Part shown: positions 17,744 to 28,663 of the stretch, piece by piece
How positions within the stretch are numbered: the first letter of the stretch is position 1
Layout of the letters: each line of letters starts with the position of its first letter
Source: Bdellovibrionota bacterium
Lineage (GTDB): Bacteria; Bdellovibrionota_C; UBA2361; CALJRW01
Direction: 5' to 3'
Length of the DNA stretch: 64,000 nt
NCBI GenBank assembly: GCA_041740355.1
Contig: JBGSMD010000012.1
Location: 1 to 64,000 of the forward strand
Notes under the pieces: generated by a model
What the model saw: only the letters and a program-made list of their open reading frames with translations
The model's database searches: none
What the model was told of the DNA's origin: nothing
Position numbers and translations under genes: made by a program

Positions 17744-20245
17744 CTAAGCTACATTCTTGATTGTAGCTTTTTTAACAATCTTTCGTCCAGAAGTTTTCTT
17801 TTTTAACTTGGATCCGCTGTTTTTCTTAAGAGGCTCTAAACTATATTTTAAAACTTCATGTATCGTTTTAACTGGAATAAATTCTATCTCCTCTCTTTGC
17901 GCCGTCGGAATCTCAGCCAAATCTTTTAAGTTATCAGCTGGGATAATGATTCTTTTAATACCATTGCGAAGAGCAGCAAGTGCTTTCTCTTTTAATCCAC
18001 CGATTGCTAGCACATTTCCTCTTAAGGTAATCTCACCAGTCATGGCAACGTTACTTTTAACTTTACGTCCAGCAACAGCCGAGACAAGACCGGTAATTAA
18101 TGTAACCCCAGCAGATGGCCCATCTTTTGGTGTAGCACCTTCTGGTAAATGAATATGAATATCCAAAGCTTCGTTAAATCGATCGGCTAAGCCTAATTCT
18201 TTAGCATTAGCTCGGGCATAAAAAACTGCTGCCTGAGCAGACTCTTGAAGAATATTACCAAGTTGTCCGGTTAATGTTAAGTCACCCTTGCCAGGTGCAA
18301 CAGAAACTTCAACGGGCATTATCTCGCCACCATAAATTGTCCAAGCTAATCCATTAGCTAGGCCAACTTGATCTTCTTTAAGGTAGAAATCAGGTTGGAA
18401 CTTTGTAGGTCCTAAGCAGTCATTAACAAACTTACTCGAGATGTTATTGGGAATATTTTTCTTGCCGACAATTTCTCTTGCTAATTTACGACAGACTGCG
18501 GCAATTTCTCGCTCCAGCCCTCGGACTCCCGACTCTTTCGTGTAATCTTCAATTAAAGATAAAGTAGCTTCTTTGGAAAATTTAATTTTTTGCTTTTCCA
18601 AACCATTTTCTTTAATTTGTCGCGGTATTAAATATTTTTCAGCAATTTGTACTTTTTCCGTATTTGTATACCCAGGAATAGAAATTACTTCTAAACGATC
18701 TAACAAAGCATCAGGAATTGTGTCTAAAGTATTCGCTGTGGCAATAAAGAAACAATCTGATAAATCATAAGAAATATTTAGATAGTGATCACTAAAATTC
18801 TTATTCTGTTGAGGATCTAACACCTCTAATAAAGCAGAAGATGGATCTCCCCGATAATCAGATCCAATTTTGTCTAATTCATCAAGCACAAAGACTGGAT
18901 TACTACTGCCGGCATCCTTAATTCCCTGCAGAATTCTTCCTGGCAAAGCCCCGACATAAGTTCGACGATGCCCACGAATCTCTGCTTCATCCCGCACACC
19001 ACCTATTGATAAACGAACAAAGGAACGATTCAATGCTGCGGCAATTGACTTGCCTAATGATGTCTTGCCAACTCCAGGAGGCCCAACAAAACAAAGAATC
19101 GGACCCTTAGAATCTGATTTTAATTTGCGAACACTTAAAAATTCCAAGATTCGATCTTTTGTTTTTGATAATCCGTAATGATCGTTATCTAAAATCTTTT
19201 GAGCATTCTTAAGATCAAATTTTTCTTTCGTAGTTTTAGCCCAAGGAAGATCTGCAATCCATTCCAAATAAGTTCTGAGCATCCCATATTCAGAACTTTC
19301 CATTGACATCCGTTCTAAACGTTTTAATTGACGATCTGATTCATCACGAGCATGCTTAGGCAAGTTAGCCTTAGCTAAGGCTTTGCGAATCTCGGCGATA
19401 TCTTCGGAAACATAATCTTCTTCCCCTAGCTCTTTGCGAATTTGTTTTAATTGTTCACGCAAGAAATAGTCCTTCTGTCCTTTGCTCAATTCATCTTGAG
19501 TTTTAGTACGAATATTTTCAGCAACAATGAAATTATTAAAATCATCTTCGATTAACTTAGCAGTAAGTTTTAATCTTTTTAAGGGATCTAACTCTTCTAA
19601 TAAATTCTGTGCGTATGTAACATCAAGTTTATAATGTGCGATGACGACATCAGCTAAAACAGCAGGATCTTTAATTTCCTCTGTTATTAACAGCATCTCC
19701 TCCGGTAACAACTCTAACTCAACTAAAGTTTGTAACTTTTGACGAATAGCTTCCACTAAAGCTTTAACTTCAGCTGTAGATTTAAGTGTCTTACTTTCCA
19801 AATATTCAACATCAGCGGAGAAATAATCTTTCACTGCGATATAGTTGTGAACTTTTACGCGACTTACTCCTTGAAGTAGTACTTTAATTCTTCCATCATT
19901 AAGTTTAAAAACTTTAGAAATCTTCGCGGCAACACCAATTTTAGGTAAATCAGTTAACTTGAAGCGATCTCCTGGTTGCTTATTAGTTGCTACCATCAGA
20001 ATTAAATTCTTCTGTTCTGTAGCTTTTTGAATAGCATTCTTATTCTTCTCATCAACAATATAAAGAGACATCAGAACAGTTGGGAAGGCAACTAAGTCTC
20101 CGGCCGCAAGCACTGGAATATTTGTTGGTAAATCAGCTAAATTAACGAGACTATCTAACCGCTCAGTGTCAGCATTAACATCAATTTGCTCCGAAACTGT
20201 TGTCGACTTCTTAATTTTCTTCTTTTTGTTGCTGTTGTTGTTCAT
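17744..20245 (-). CDS. lon: ATP-dependent protease La
   Basis: GPPGVGKTS, RRTYVGALPG and PKDGPSAG. Start placed at the ATG of MNNNS, which follows a GAGG RBS. Confidence 0.97.
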   Translation of the reverse strand: MNNNSNKKKKIKKSTTVSEQIDVNADTERLDSLVNLADLPTNIPVLAAGDLVAFPTVLMSLYIVDEKNKNAIQKATEQKNLILMVATNKQPGDRFKLTDLPKIGVAAKISKVFKLNDGRIKVLLQGVSRVKVHNYIAVKDYFSADVEYLESKTLKSTAEVKALVEAIRQKLQTLVELELLPEEMLLITEEIKDPAVLADVVIAHYKLDVTYAQNLLEELDPLKRLKLTAKLIEDDFNNFIVAENIRTKTQDELSKGQKDYFLREQLKQIRKELGEEDYVSEDIAEIRKALAKANLPKHARDESDRQLKRLERMSMESSEYGMLRTYLEWIADLPWAKTTKEKFDLKNAQKILDNDHYGLSKTKDRILEFLSVRKLKSDSKGPILCFVGPPGVGKTSLGKSIAAALNRSFVRLSIGGVRDEAEIRGHRRTYVGALPGRILQGIKDAGSSNPVFVLDELDKIGSDYRGDPSSALLEVLDPQQNKNFSDHYLNISYDLSDCFFIATANTLDTIPDALLDRLEVISIPGYTNTEKVQIAEKYLIPRQIKENGLEKQKIKFSKEATLSLIEDYTKESGVRGLEREIAAVCRKLAREIVGKKNIPNNISSKFVNDCLGPTKFQPDFYLKEDQVGLANGLAWTIYGGEIMPVEVSVAPGKGDLTLTGQLGNILQESAQAAVFYARANAKELGLADRFNEALDIHIHLPEGATPKDGPSAGVTLITGLVSAVAGRKVKSNVAMTGEITLRGNVLAIGGLKEKALAALRNGIKRIIIPADNLKDLAEIPTAQREEIEFIPVKTIHEVLKYSLEPLKKNSGSKLKKKTSGRKIVKKATIKNVA

Positions 20246-22007
20246 TATTACCTCGGTAAACAAAATCTGGAGCAGAGGACTTATTGATTTCTTGTAATCC
20301 GCCGTTTACAAATTCCACTACTTTTAAATTACGATATAGTTTTTGGGGGCCTGAAAACTGGATTTTGCCAGTTAAACCATTGTAGCTGCGAAAGCTACTA
20401 ATGATATTTTCCCAACTATTTCCGGCCTGCATCTGACCAACAATTGCTTTAACAACTGTTGCGGCATCAAAGCCTTGCGCTGCTAAAAAATCAGGTTGCT
20501 TATTGTAAATCTTCTTGTAAGAGTTAACAAATTGCTGAGAAAGCCCACTAGCACTTTCAAAAAATGGAGATGGAAAAATCACACCACTTAAGGAACTTGC
20601 TGATTGCATTAATTTTGGCAAATCAGACCATTCTCCCGTCCCAATTAATCGAGTCTGTTGTAGCCGATCTGGACCCAAAGCAACAGCTACTCGATTAGCG
20701 TTGTTTAAATTATCAACTAAAAACAAGGCTTGCGGATTGTAGACTCCCAGCTCACGACCTAGCTCGCGAAAATCAGGAATTGGATTTCGATAATATGAAT
20801 ATTCCGAAACTAATATTCCACCACTAGCTGAGACAGCTTTCTTAAATTCCCGAACGAACTCTTGGGAAGTTTCCTCGGCCGGATAAGCTATAGCATATTT
20901 TCTAAATCCTAGATTATCCGTCAGGGACTTAACAACTGACGCCATTTGCGACTCGGCATCAACTCCTAAACGATAAACTCCCTGGCCCTCTAGAAATTCC
21001 GCTTTTTTTGTAAATGAAAACATTTTCAGATTATGTCTCTTCGCACATTCAGCGACAGTTTGTGATGTTGTATAGAGTAATGGCCCAATGATTGTAGAAT
21101 AATTCTTGGTGTATGCTAACTCGGAGCAAATCGCTGCCGCCACAGTTGGACTTGCTTGGTCATCTCGATAAACAACTGGAATCGCAGTGGAAGTGTCTCC
21201 ACCAAGTGCCAATTCGATACCTTGCTTAACCGCTTGTCCAAAACTGGCATACCTACCAGTTAATGGCAGTAGAACCATGATTCCATTTTTATTAGGAATT
21301 TGATTGTTAATAACTTTCTGTTCCTTCTTAATTTCTACTTCCCAAAATCTTGGAAATTCATTAATCGGAATAATTACTACTCCTGGCTTAGATCTACGTG
21401 CTAACTCAATTTGAATTAATCCTCTTAAGAAATAATCTTTATCCCAATGCTCCCTTAACTTTCCTAATTCTTTCTCTGGAATCCGAGCTAAGAGTAACAT
21501 TACCCCTTTTTCAATTACCGCTTTTAAATTTGGCTGTTTGGCATCGCGCAAAGCTTGAGAAAACCAGGCTAGACTTTGATGTAAATTAATTAATCGTCCA
21601 TAAACATAGGCAAACATTAGAGCCGACTCCGCCCGAACAGTTGTTACAGATTTGCCGTTTTTTTCGTAGAAAGAACTTAGGGCATCTAGTGCTTTTTGAG
21701 GCTCATCAAGTGCTAATAATGCACTTGCGATCCTTAACTGCAAAGATTCGTTAAAATCAGAAATGCGGGCATTTCCAGCACTAATCTTGTAATACTGCTC
21801 TAAAGCCTCAAAATATTTACCTTGATCAAATAACTGATCCCCGCGAGAAATAAAGCGATCGTTTAACGGATTTTTATCAAGACTATAACCATTATCCCAA
21901 GTAATCCATGGTATTGGATAAATTTTTATAGGCTGAACAATCGGCTCCTGATGTTGAGAGCTACAGGCGGTAAATAGGATTAATAAAATGAGCAGGATTT
22001 TTTTCAT
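20211..22007 (-). CDS. LpoA/LppC-like lipoprotein (TPR-like region plus type I periplasmic-binding fold)
   Basis: Lipobox FTAC; VLLPLTGRYASFG, IIGPL, AAQGFDA and YNGLTG motifs. Confidence 0.75.
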   Translation of the reverse strand: MKKILLILLILFTACSSQHQEPIVQPIKIYPIPWITWDNGYSLDKNPLNDRFISRGDQLFDQGKYFEALEQYYKISAGNARISDFNESLQLRIASALLALDEPQKALDALSSFYEKNGKSVTTVRAESALMFAYVYGRLINLHQSLAWFSQALRDAKQPNLKAVIEKGVMLLLARIPEKELGKLREHWDKDYFLRGLIQIELARRSKPGVVIIPINEFPRFWEVEIKKEQKVINNQIPNKNGIMVLLPLTGRYASFGQAVKQGIELALGGDTSTAIPVVYRDDQASPTVAAAICSELAYTKNYSTIIGPLLYTTSQTVAECAKRHNLKMFSFTKKAEFLEGQGVYRLGVDAESQMASVVKSLTDNLGFRKYAIAYPAEETSQEFVREFKKAVSASGGILVSEYSYYRNPIPDFRELGRELGVYNPQALFLVDNLNNANRVAVALGPDRLQQTRLIGTGEWSDLPKLMQSASSLSGVIFPSPFFESASGLSQQFVNSYKKIYNKQPDFLAAQGFDAATVVKAIVGQMQAGNSWENIISSFRSYNGLTGKIQFSGPQKLYRNLKVVEFVNGGLQEINKSSAPDFVYRGNNEQQQQQKEEN

Positions 22008-22200
22008 AGTCTTAAGACAAATAATTTAGGTGGTTTGTGCATTATCCAACACTGACAATCGGGAGGATTAGTCATCTGCCATCTTAATATTACAAACTAA
22101 TAAGATTAAGACTAAACCAATGGATAATCAGATGCAATATCTACTCTTTTCTCAAAATTACAAGCTAGTTGTCTAACTTTTTAAATAACTTAAACTGGAC

Positions 22201-22824
22201 TTGATGGATGTAGATTTAAGACGAAGTGACTCAAATTGCTTGGCCAGCCAAACAACGAATGAACTGAGTTCAAATGCTTGGGAATGGTTAAGTAATCTAA
22301 CCTTAACAGCTAAAGGTTTATTTCTAAGTTCCATTCTGGAAAAACCAAAAATATTTGTAAGTTGTCTTAAATCTGCCGGCATCGAAGCTTTGCTACGACA
22401 ACATCAAATTACTCATATCTTTTCATTTGCGCCACAACCGGAAGAACAGTTTTATTTTCCAAATAAAGCACTATCAGTTCTTGAAAACCACCAAACTATT
22501 TCTCCTGGCTCCGTCTATCAGAAGCTAGGAATTTCTCGCTATCTATTTCAACTTAAGGACGACAATACTAACCCTGATTTCCAACTTCAATCTGCCTTTG
22601 AAGCTTTTGAAGATCTTTGTCGAGCTTTCCCAGAGGGCAGGATCTTAATTCACTGCGAATTAGGTGCGTCCCGCTCGATTTCCTTTGTGGCAGCTTTAAT
22701 TGCTAAGTCAGAAAATTGCAGTTTTAAATCAGCAGTTTTAGAAATCCGTAAACATCGTGAGGTTGGAATTGATGCTGGTCTTGCTATGCAGCTTTCAAAA
22801 ATTGTTGGAATTCCCTGCGAATAA
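22201..22824 (+). CDS. dual-specificity protein phosphatase
   Basis: CX5R motif ILIHCELGASRS. Confidence 0.8.
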   Translation: MMDVDLRRSDSNCLASQTTNELSSNAWEWLSNLTLTAKGLFLSSILEKPKIFVSCLKSAGIEALLRQHQITHIFSFAPQPEEQFYFPNKALSVLENHQTISPGSVYQKLGISRYLFQLKDDNTNPDFQLQSAFEAFEDLCRAFPEGRILIHCELGASRSISFVAALIAKSENCSFKSAVLEIRKHREVGIDAGLAMQLSKIVGIPCE

Positions 22825-22877
22825 AAAATAAATTAACACTGGAGTTTTTTTACTCATACCAGTAAATTAAGCGAATT

Positions 22878-23684
22878 ATGCTCAATATATCGAAAGAAAG
22901 AATTTACGAAGTTGTTTTTGAAGCAGATACCCCAGCGGGAAAGCGTTTTGACCTACTCCTTTTGCTAATCATTATCATGAGCGTTGGGGTAGTCGTTCTA
23001 GAAACAGTTCCAAGCCTAAATAAAAGTTACTCCTCAATTTTTTACACACTGGAGTGGATCTTTACGATTATTTTCACCTTGGAATATTTGGTCAGAATTT
23101 ACTGTGTAAGAAAGCCTAAGCATTATATCTTTAGTTTTTATGGCATAATTGATTTGCTATCAATTATCCCCACATTTTTCAGTCTGCTCTTTCCGGGCAG
23201 CCAAGGTTTGTTAGTCATTCGCAGTATTCGATTACTTAGAATTTTCCGAATTTTAAAACTTGCCCGATATTTAGGTGAGGCAAACATCTTATTAACCGCA
23301 CTTAAAGCAAGTCGCATTAAAGTAACAGTATTTATCGGCGCCGTATCTGTGATTGTCTTAATTGTTGGTGCGCTGATGTATCTAATCGAAGGTCCCCAGT
23401 ATGGCTTTGTCAGTATTCCCATGTCAGCCTACTGGGCAATTGTCACTGTAACTACTGTGGGCTTTGGTGATATCACTCCTCAAACTCCCTTAGGACAATT
23501 TCTAGCATCATTACTTATGATTTTGGGCTACGGATTTATTGCAGTACCAACTGGAATTGTCTCTGTGGAATTAGCAAATGCCCAGCAAGCATTAAGCACT
23601 CAAACATGTCCAACTTGTATGAAACAAGATCATACTCTTGGTGCAGTGTACTGTAAATTTTGTAGTGCTAAGCTTAATTCTTAA
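22878..23684 (+). CDS. 6-TM voltage-gated potassium channel / ion transporter
   Basis: S4 segment RSIRLLRIFRILKLAR, selectivity filter TTVGFGD and C-terminal CxxC pairs. Confidence 0.92.
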   Translation: MLNISKERIYEVVFEADTPAGKRFDLLLLLIIIMSVGVVVLETVPSLNKSYSSIFYTLEWIFTIIFTLEYLVRIYCVRKPKHYIFSFYGIIDLLSIIPTFFSLLFPGSQGLLVIRSIRLLRIFRILKLARYLGEANILLTALKASRIKVTVFIGAVSVIVLIVGALMYLIEGPQYGFVSIPMSAYWAIVTVTTVGFGDITPQTPLGQFLASLLMILGYGFIAVPTGIVSVELANAQQALSTQTCPTCMKQDHTLGAVYCKFCSAKLNS

Positions 23685-23825
23685 ATTTATTTTCTAATAT
23701 CATTATTAACTTATCTAATAACAGCATCGGAAAGCTTAAAGGCGTTCTAACCCAAAGGATTTGAATAAGAATCTCAAAGAAATTAACTACTTTATTTCCA
23801 AATTTAGGTTTGTTATGATTAAATC

Positions 23826-24299
23826 ATGGCTTACAATTTAATAAGTAAATCTAGTTCTGCTTTTACCTTAGTGGAGTTACTAGTAACGGTTGCAATTGTG
23901 GGCATTCTAGCAAGTTTGGCAATTGCTAATTTTAGCATATTTCGAGACTCCGCTTACAATACTGAGCTAGCTTCTTTGACCCAACAAGCACTAATTGCTG
24001 GGGAAGCGGGTTTAGGTGATGGTCGACATGGGCCAGTCAATCACCCTGATGGTGGAAATTTATCATATAATTATCGTATTAAATTTCCCGGCCTAATACT
24101 TCCCGACTATATTGGCTTTAGTGGTCATATGATTAATCTTAAGAGTTCCGGTTTTAACGGACGTCCAGGTTTTTATTTTCAGATACATTCCTGTAAACTT
24201 AAAAGACCTAATTATGGATTTACATTTAATGGGAGCACTTACCCAGGCTTAGGACGAGGGCTGCTACAAGCTACACTATCACGAGCTCCCTGCTATTAA
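23826..24299 (+). CDS. type IV pilin-like protein (N-methylation domain)
   Basis: A|FTLVELLVTVAIVGILA; two Cys, ending in PCY. Confidence 0.85.
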   Translation: MAYNLISKSSSAFTLVELLVTVAIVGILASLAIANFSIFRDSAYNTELASLTQQALIAGEAGLGDGRHGPVNHPDGGNLSYNYRIKFPGLILPDYIGFSGHMINLKSSGFNGRPGFYFQIHSCKLKRPNYGFTFNGSTYPGLGRGLLQATLSRAPCY

Positions 24300-24435
24300 A
24301 TTAATTATGATCATTAGGATTAATATTTAAATTATTGCTTTTTCTCAGATATTATATAAATAAGATAACTTTTCTGCGTTCGGTCCTAAGCGATAGTGAT
24401 TAATTTCAGTTTTTTCGTGGACAGCCTGATTGAAG

Positions 24436-25402
24436 CTATCCAGGCAGTTGCATGAAATTAAAATACTCAGAATATGGTGCTAGTTCCTGAGTAGATAAAA
24501 TTAGTTGTATTTGACTAGAATATTTAGTTAACAGATCAATTAGTTGTTTGGTAAATTCATCGGCTAGCTCCCAATCTAAAAAGGGGGTAGGTTCATCAAT
24601 AATTAAAACTAATTTACTATCTTTGGGAACATTAGATACTACTTCCTGCCCAATTAAAGGAGGAACAAAACCGCGGTTAATAAATGATTTACTAAAGTGA
24701 AATGATATCTCTTGATGAGAAAAAAACCACTCAACTTTCAGACAAGTAATTCTCCAATCAAAAAACACACTTTCACCGGATGATAATCCTTTCTTATGGA
24801 AATTAATTTCTTCTGTAACTTTACTAAAAGTAAAACGATCTAACTGAAGTCCATTTGCAAATTTAGCATGATTTAGATTCTCAGCTCCTTTAACAACTCG
24901 CCCATCATAATGATGATTAAACGCTCCCAGTTCAATTGAATCTTTAATTTTCTTTGTAATATCTTTGGGTGTAACGATTGCTTGACATATCGGAGAAACA
25001 GCAGGTTCCTATGTTTTTAGTTGTAATAAAAATACCGATTTAAGTAGGAGGACTTATCAAATAACTCTTCCCCACCTGAACTCAGCTAGCAACAGGACTA
25101 TCGATTTGTTGAAGGTGGGTTTAAAAAAACAAAATTGCTACTATTTTTAATTCAAAATTTGCAATCAAGTTGAGATCTCTGAGTCCGAGCAGCCTTTTGT
25201 TAAACTTGTTAAGTAATTCTGGATAACGACGAAAATCTTCCACAAAACTAGACTGTCGATGTACTTCAAAATAATTATTATTTCGACTAGATGAATAGAG
25301 CATATGCATCAAACCACTATTACCAATACCGTTAGGAACAACAAGAATTTGTGACGCTTTAGTCAAGGAATAGTTTGTACCTACTGGTACGAGCTGATTC
25401 AT
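24436..25402 (-). pseudogene. decayed ABC/AAA_21-type ATPase
   Basis: Walker-A-like VPNGIGNS in 25121-25402. LSSGE signature (24772-24786) is in frame with LIIDEP (Walker B) and ILSTQ. An in-frame TAG at 25009-25011 and further stops separate the pieces. Confidence 0.7.
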
Positions 25403-25661
25403 TCCTGAGATATTGGTCTTTAGTGCTAGAAAATCCTAATAATTTGGAGCAGATTCCAGCCTACGTTGATTAGATACAATTTTAGAATGCACTTAATAAT
25501 AAATACATTAGGATCAGAAGCTACTCAAACTAGCTAGTTTTGGACTTTTTCGAATTGTTAGAAAGTGCCCAGATTCAAAATAATTTATTTTTCAATATTC
25601 CTATCCAGATTAACTAAGTTGCGCTAGAACAATAAGTGTCTTACTAGGCAGATTATAAAAA

Positions 25662-28022
25662 ATGAATCTTACTAATCGCATTGTTATTTGGTCCTTTCTG
25701 TTCTTTGTCCTTACTTGGCGAACACTGCCATTTTTAATTGCGGATATCCCTGCTGGTTGGGATACCCTAGGACATTACTACTTAACTAACCTTATGGTTG
25801 AATACCTTAAGGAATTTAAAATTTCAGGATATGATTATCACTGGCTTGGTGGGTATCCAGCATTTACACTTTATGCTCCCTTATTTTACATTATTATTGC
25901 AGCAATTCATCTACTCAGCTTTGGATTTATTTCAGTTAACAAAGCTTTCCAAATTGTCATTTTTGCTCAACCTTTTATTTTTCTAATTGCAACTTTTGCT
26001 GTCTCCAAAGTCTTCTTTAATTCTCGCGTAGCATATTATTCTCTGGTAAGTGGTTTGATCGTCTTGTTTCTGGGAATGGACTACTCTTTTTTTAAAATTG
26101 GCCTTGTCGGTAATCTGTTTATTGGAGTTAGTCCCAGTATCTTTGCACTAAATCTTTTGTTGTTACTATTAGCGATTCTGGGTTCAATGACCAAAAGCTC
26201 CTCTTGGAAATTAATTATCCCGGGCACCTTATTACTCAGTGCAATTATATTATCACATATGATAACTACTGTTTTTGCAGTTTGGCTAATCCTCATTTTC
26301 ACTTGCTGCTATTTAAAAAAATGTTGGTTGAGAGTCGTTACGATAGTTATGTTAGCTACACTTTTAACAGCGTTTTGGTGGATCCCATTTCTGCAGCACT
26401 TACCTTACAGTTCATCGCAAGCAATTAACTTACAAAGCCTTTCTCCGCTATCTGTTATTCTTCCGGATGTTAAGATTACAACTCTACGAGCAATCTTTAC
26501 ATATCCCTTAAATCCAATTGAAGTTGATCTGCCACTTTTTAATCACCAATTTATCAAGCTACAAACTAGGGGGATTTTCTTAGCTTTTCCGCTGACTGGG
26601 ATAATCTTCGGATTAACATTACTGATCAGCTGCATCTCCTTAATTCAACGAAAACAATTATTTTTGGTATTATTATTCCTATTCTCACTCTTATTTCTTC
26701 CCAATAATTATTTATCTGAAATCTTTAATATTGGAATCCACTATTATCGATTTGTGCAATATATCGTGGCGATTGAAGTTATTCTAGTTGCCTTTGGGTT
26801 AGTAATCATTCAAGATTACTGTTATCAAAAGTGTAAAAAATTCCCTAATATTTTTTTATTAATCTTGTTGATTACAATTACTCAAACAATATTATTTAAA
26901 TTAGATTGGCAATCGACTAATTCACTTCGTAGCGCAACGTCAGACAATAATCCAAACTTTAAATTTGATATTACCCGTTACGATAGCTACCCAGCAACGC
27001 AAAAAGTTATCGATTTTTTTAATCAACCAATAGCAGGAAGAATTGCCCTTGAAACGAACATGAATGGGATGACCAAAGATGGTTCCCCACATTTACTTGC
27101 TAGTCTACTGCCTTTAATAACTAAAGCAGAAATAATTCCCGGCCTTTTAGTTGAATCCTCACTCTCTGCAGTTTTTATTAATTCAACTTTAGGAATAGGA
27201 AGTAATCATATGATCTGGGGACAGGATAATATTTATTTTTCAGAAATATTTCAAGAGCAACCTCCAGAAACAATTATTGCCCGACTGAAGCTTTACAATG
27301 TTCAGTTTATTGTCAGTAATTCTAAAGACTATTTTAAATATCTTAACAAGATCACAAAAAAAAATTCGGAGCTAGAATTAGTTTTTCAAGCTGGGGATTA
27401 TGCTATCTTTGAGATCAAAAACGTTACCGATAAGATTTATACTTCCCAAGAATTGCCTTGGTTTTTTTACAGTGATGACTTAGCTCACTTTCGCTTATTT
27501 AGTGAGTTTTGGTTTTCTGGGTCGGATAATCAGGATATTAAAATTATTTTTGATACAAAAAACAAATACCTTCATAGAACAAGCGATCTAGATCCTTTAC
27601 TACCCAATCTCTCTGGGCTAATAATTTATGCCGATAAATATCCAAAGGAAGAATGGGAGCAAAAAATTACCGCACTCTCAAAGTTAACAAAGAAAAGTAT
27701 TTTTGTATTAACCGAAGCTAAAAAAATCTTTTTGCCAGAAGGATCGAAAGAGCAGATTTTTTTAATTAATATCACAAAAAACAATCATAAAATGATTTTT
27801 GATTTAATCAAGAAAGAGTCAGAACCAAATAAAAATTTCGCTCCAATCACAGATTTTTCCATTAAGAAGAACCAAATTAATTTTGAAGCTATGGGGCCAA
27901 GTGTAATTAACTACAGCTTCGCACCAAAATGGCAGGCGAAGAATTCGGAGGATGTTTTTCTTGTTTCTCCAAGCCAGATGATGACTATTGCTTCGGGAGA
28001 AATTGAACTTGAGTATAAATAG
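25662..28022 (+). CDS. multi-TM GT-C-fold glycosyltransferase (PTPS-related/YfhO-like membrane family)
   Basis: GWDTLGH and WLGGYPAFTLYAPL in the first loop, about 13 hydrophobic segments, TAFWWIPFL and a soluble C-terminal domain. Confidence 0.7.
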   Translation: MNLTNRIVIWSFLFFVLTWRTLPFLIADIPAGWDTLGHYYLTNLMVEYLKEFKISGYDYHWLGGYPAFTLYAPLFYIIIAAIHLLSFGFISVNKAFQIVIFAQPFIFLIATFAVSKVFFNSRVAYYSLVSGLIVLFLGMDYSFFKIGLVGNLFIGVSPSIFALNLLLLLLAILGSMTKSSSWKLIIPGTLLLSAIILSHMITTVFAVWLILIFTCCYLKKCWLRVVTIVMLATLLTAFWWIPFLQHLPYSSSQAINLQSLSPLSVILPDVKITTLRAIFTYPLNPIEVDLPLFNHQFIKLQTRGIFLAFPLTGIIFGLTLLISCISLIQRKQLFLVLLFLFSLLFLPNNYLSEIFNIGIHYYRFVQYIVAIEVILVAFGLVIIQDYCYQKCKKFPNIFLLILLITITQTILFKLDWQSTNSLRSATSDNNPNFKFDITRYDSYPATQKVIDFFNQPIAGRIALETNMNGMTKDGSPHLLASLLPLITKAEIIPGLLVESSLSAVFINSTLGIGSNHMIWGQDNIYFSEIFQEQPPETIIARLKLYNVQFIVSNSKDYFKYLNKITKKNSELELVFQAGDYAIFEIKNVTDKIYTSQELPWFFYSDDLAHFRLFSEFWFSGSDNQDIKIIFDTKNKYLHRTSDLDPLLPNLSGLIIYADKYPKEEWEQKITALSKLTKKSIFVLTEAKKIFLPEGSKEQIFLINITKNNHKMIFDLIKKESEPNKNFAPITDFSIKKNQINFEAMGPSVINYSFAPKWQAKNSEDVFLVSPSQMMTIASGEIELEYK

Positions 28023-28131
28023 ACTTGAAGGGAATACTGTCGTGGAATTATCAACGTAATACTAGCTTAAAACTTGATTATTCGAGGTATACTAAAATAA
28101 ATTCGGTTTTCCCGAATGGCCTCGAAAAATA

Positions 28132-28629
28132 CTAATAACAACCTGCATTATTAGACCACACATATGAATCAAAATTACTTAAACCGATGACCGGAGACAT
28201 GGGAACAAAACTCGTAGAAGCAGCATCACTTCCAAAAGCAAAACCATTAGCAAATCTCTTTTTTTTACAATTAAACATTCCAAAATAAAACTTTGGGGAA
28301 TTGGCTGCCCCCATACCAATATTATGCATATTGCCTACAAATCCGATGTATGACGGTAGTTCTAATCCTGGAAATTTAATTCTGTAATCAAACTGTTCCT
28401 CACTAAAAGGATTACGGTAATTACCAAAACGTCCATCAAGCAAACCTGCATTGCCAGCAGTAACTGCATTCCTTGAATAGTTTGTTAATTCAGCATGATA
28501 GGCACTATCTTTATAAACATCATAATTAGCGACAGCTAGTCCTGCTAAAATTCCTAAGATAGCAACTGTCACTAATAACTCTACGAGCGTAAAGGCCTGA
28601 TTAAGTTTATAGTTAGATAGTTCCCACAT
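28132..28629 (-). CDS. type IV pilin-like protein, paralog of 23826-24299
   Basis: A|FTLVELLVTVAILGILA, shared YRIKFPGL-LP-YIGF-G-M block, ending in GCY. Confidence 0.85.
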   Translation of the reverse strand: MWELSNYKLNQAFTLVELLVTVAILGILAGLAVANYDVYKDSAYHAELTNYSRNAVTAGNAGLLDGRFGNYRNPFSEEQFDYRIKFPGLELPSYIGFVGNMHNIGMGAANSPKFYFGMFNCKKKRFANGFAFGSDAASTSFVPMSPVIGLSNFDSYVWSNNAGCY

Positions 28630-28663
28630 AATCTATCTACTCTACCATGAAGAAAGAGACTCG

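Noticed and set aside
20211-20263. Poly-Gln/Asn/Lys tract at the LpoA-like/lon overlap as a repeat or frameshift signal
   Set aside because: Explained by a short overlap of two low-complexity termini; lon has its own RBS and ATG.
23858-28596. Pilin 5' ends as recombining inverted repeats of a shufflon-like invertible segment
   Set aside because: The DNA is diverged at most third codon positions, there is no long identical stretch and no recombinase nearby, so it looks like an old duplication.
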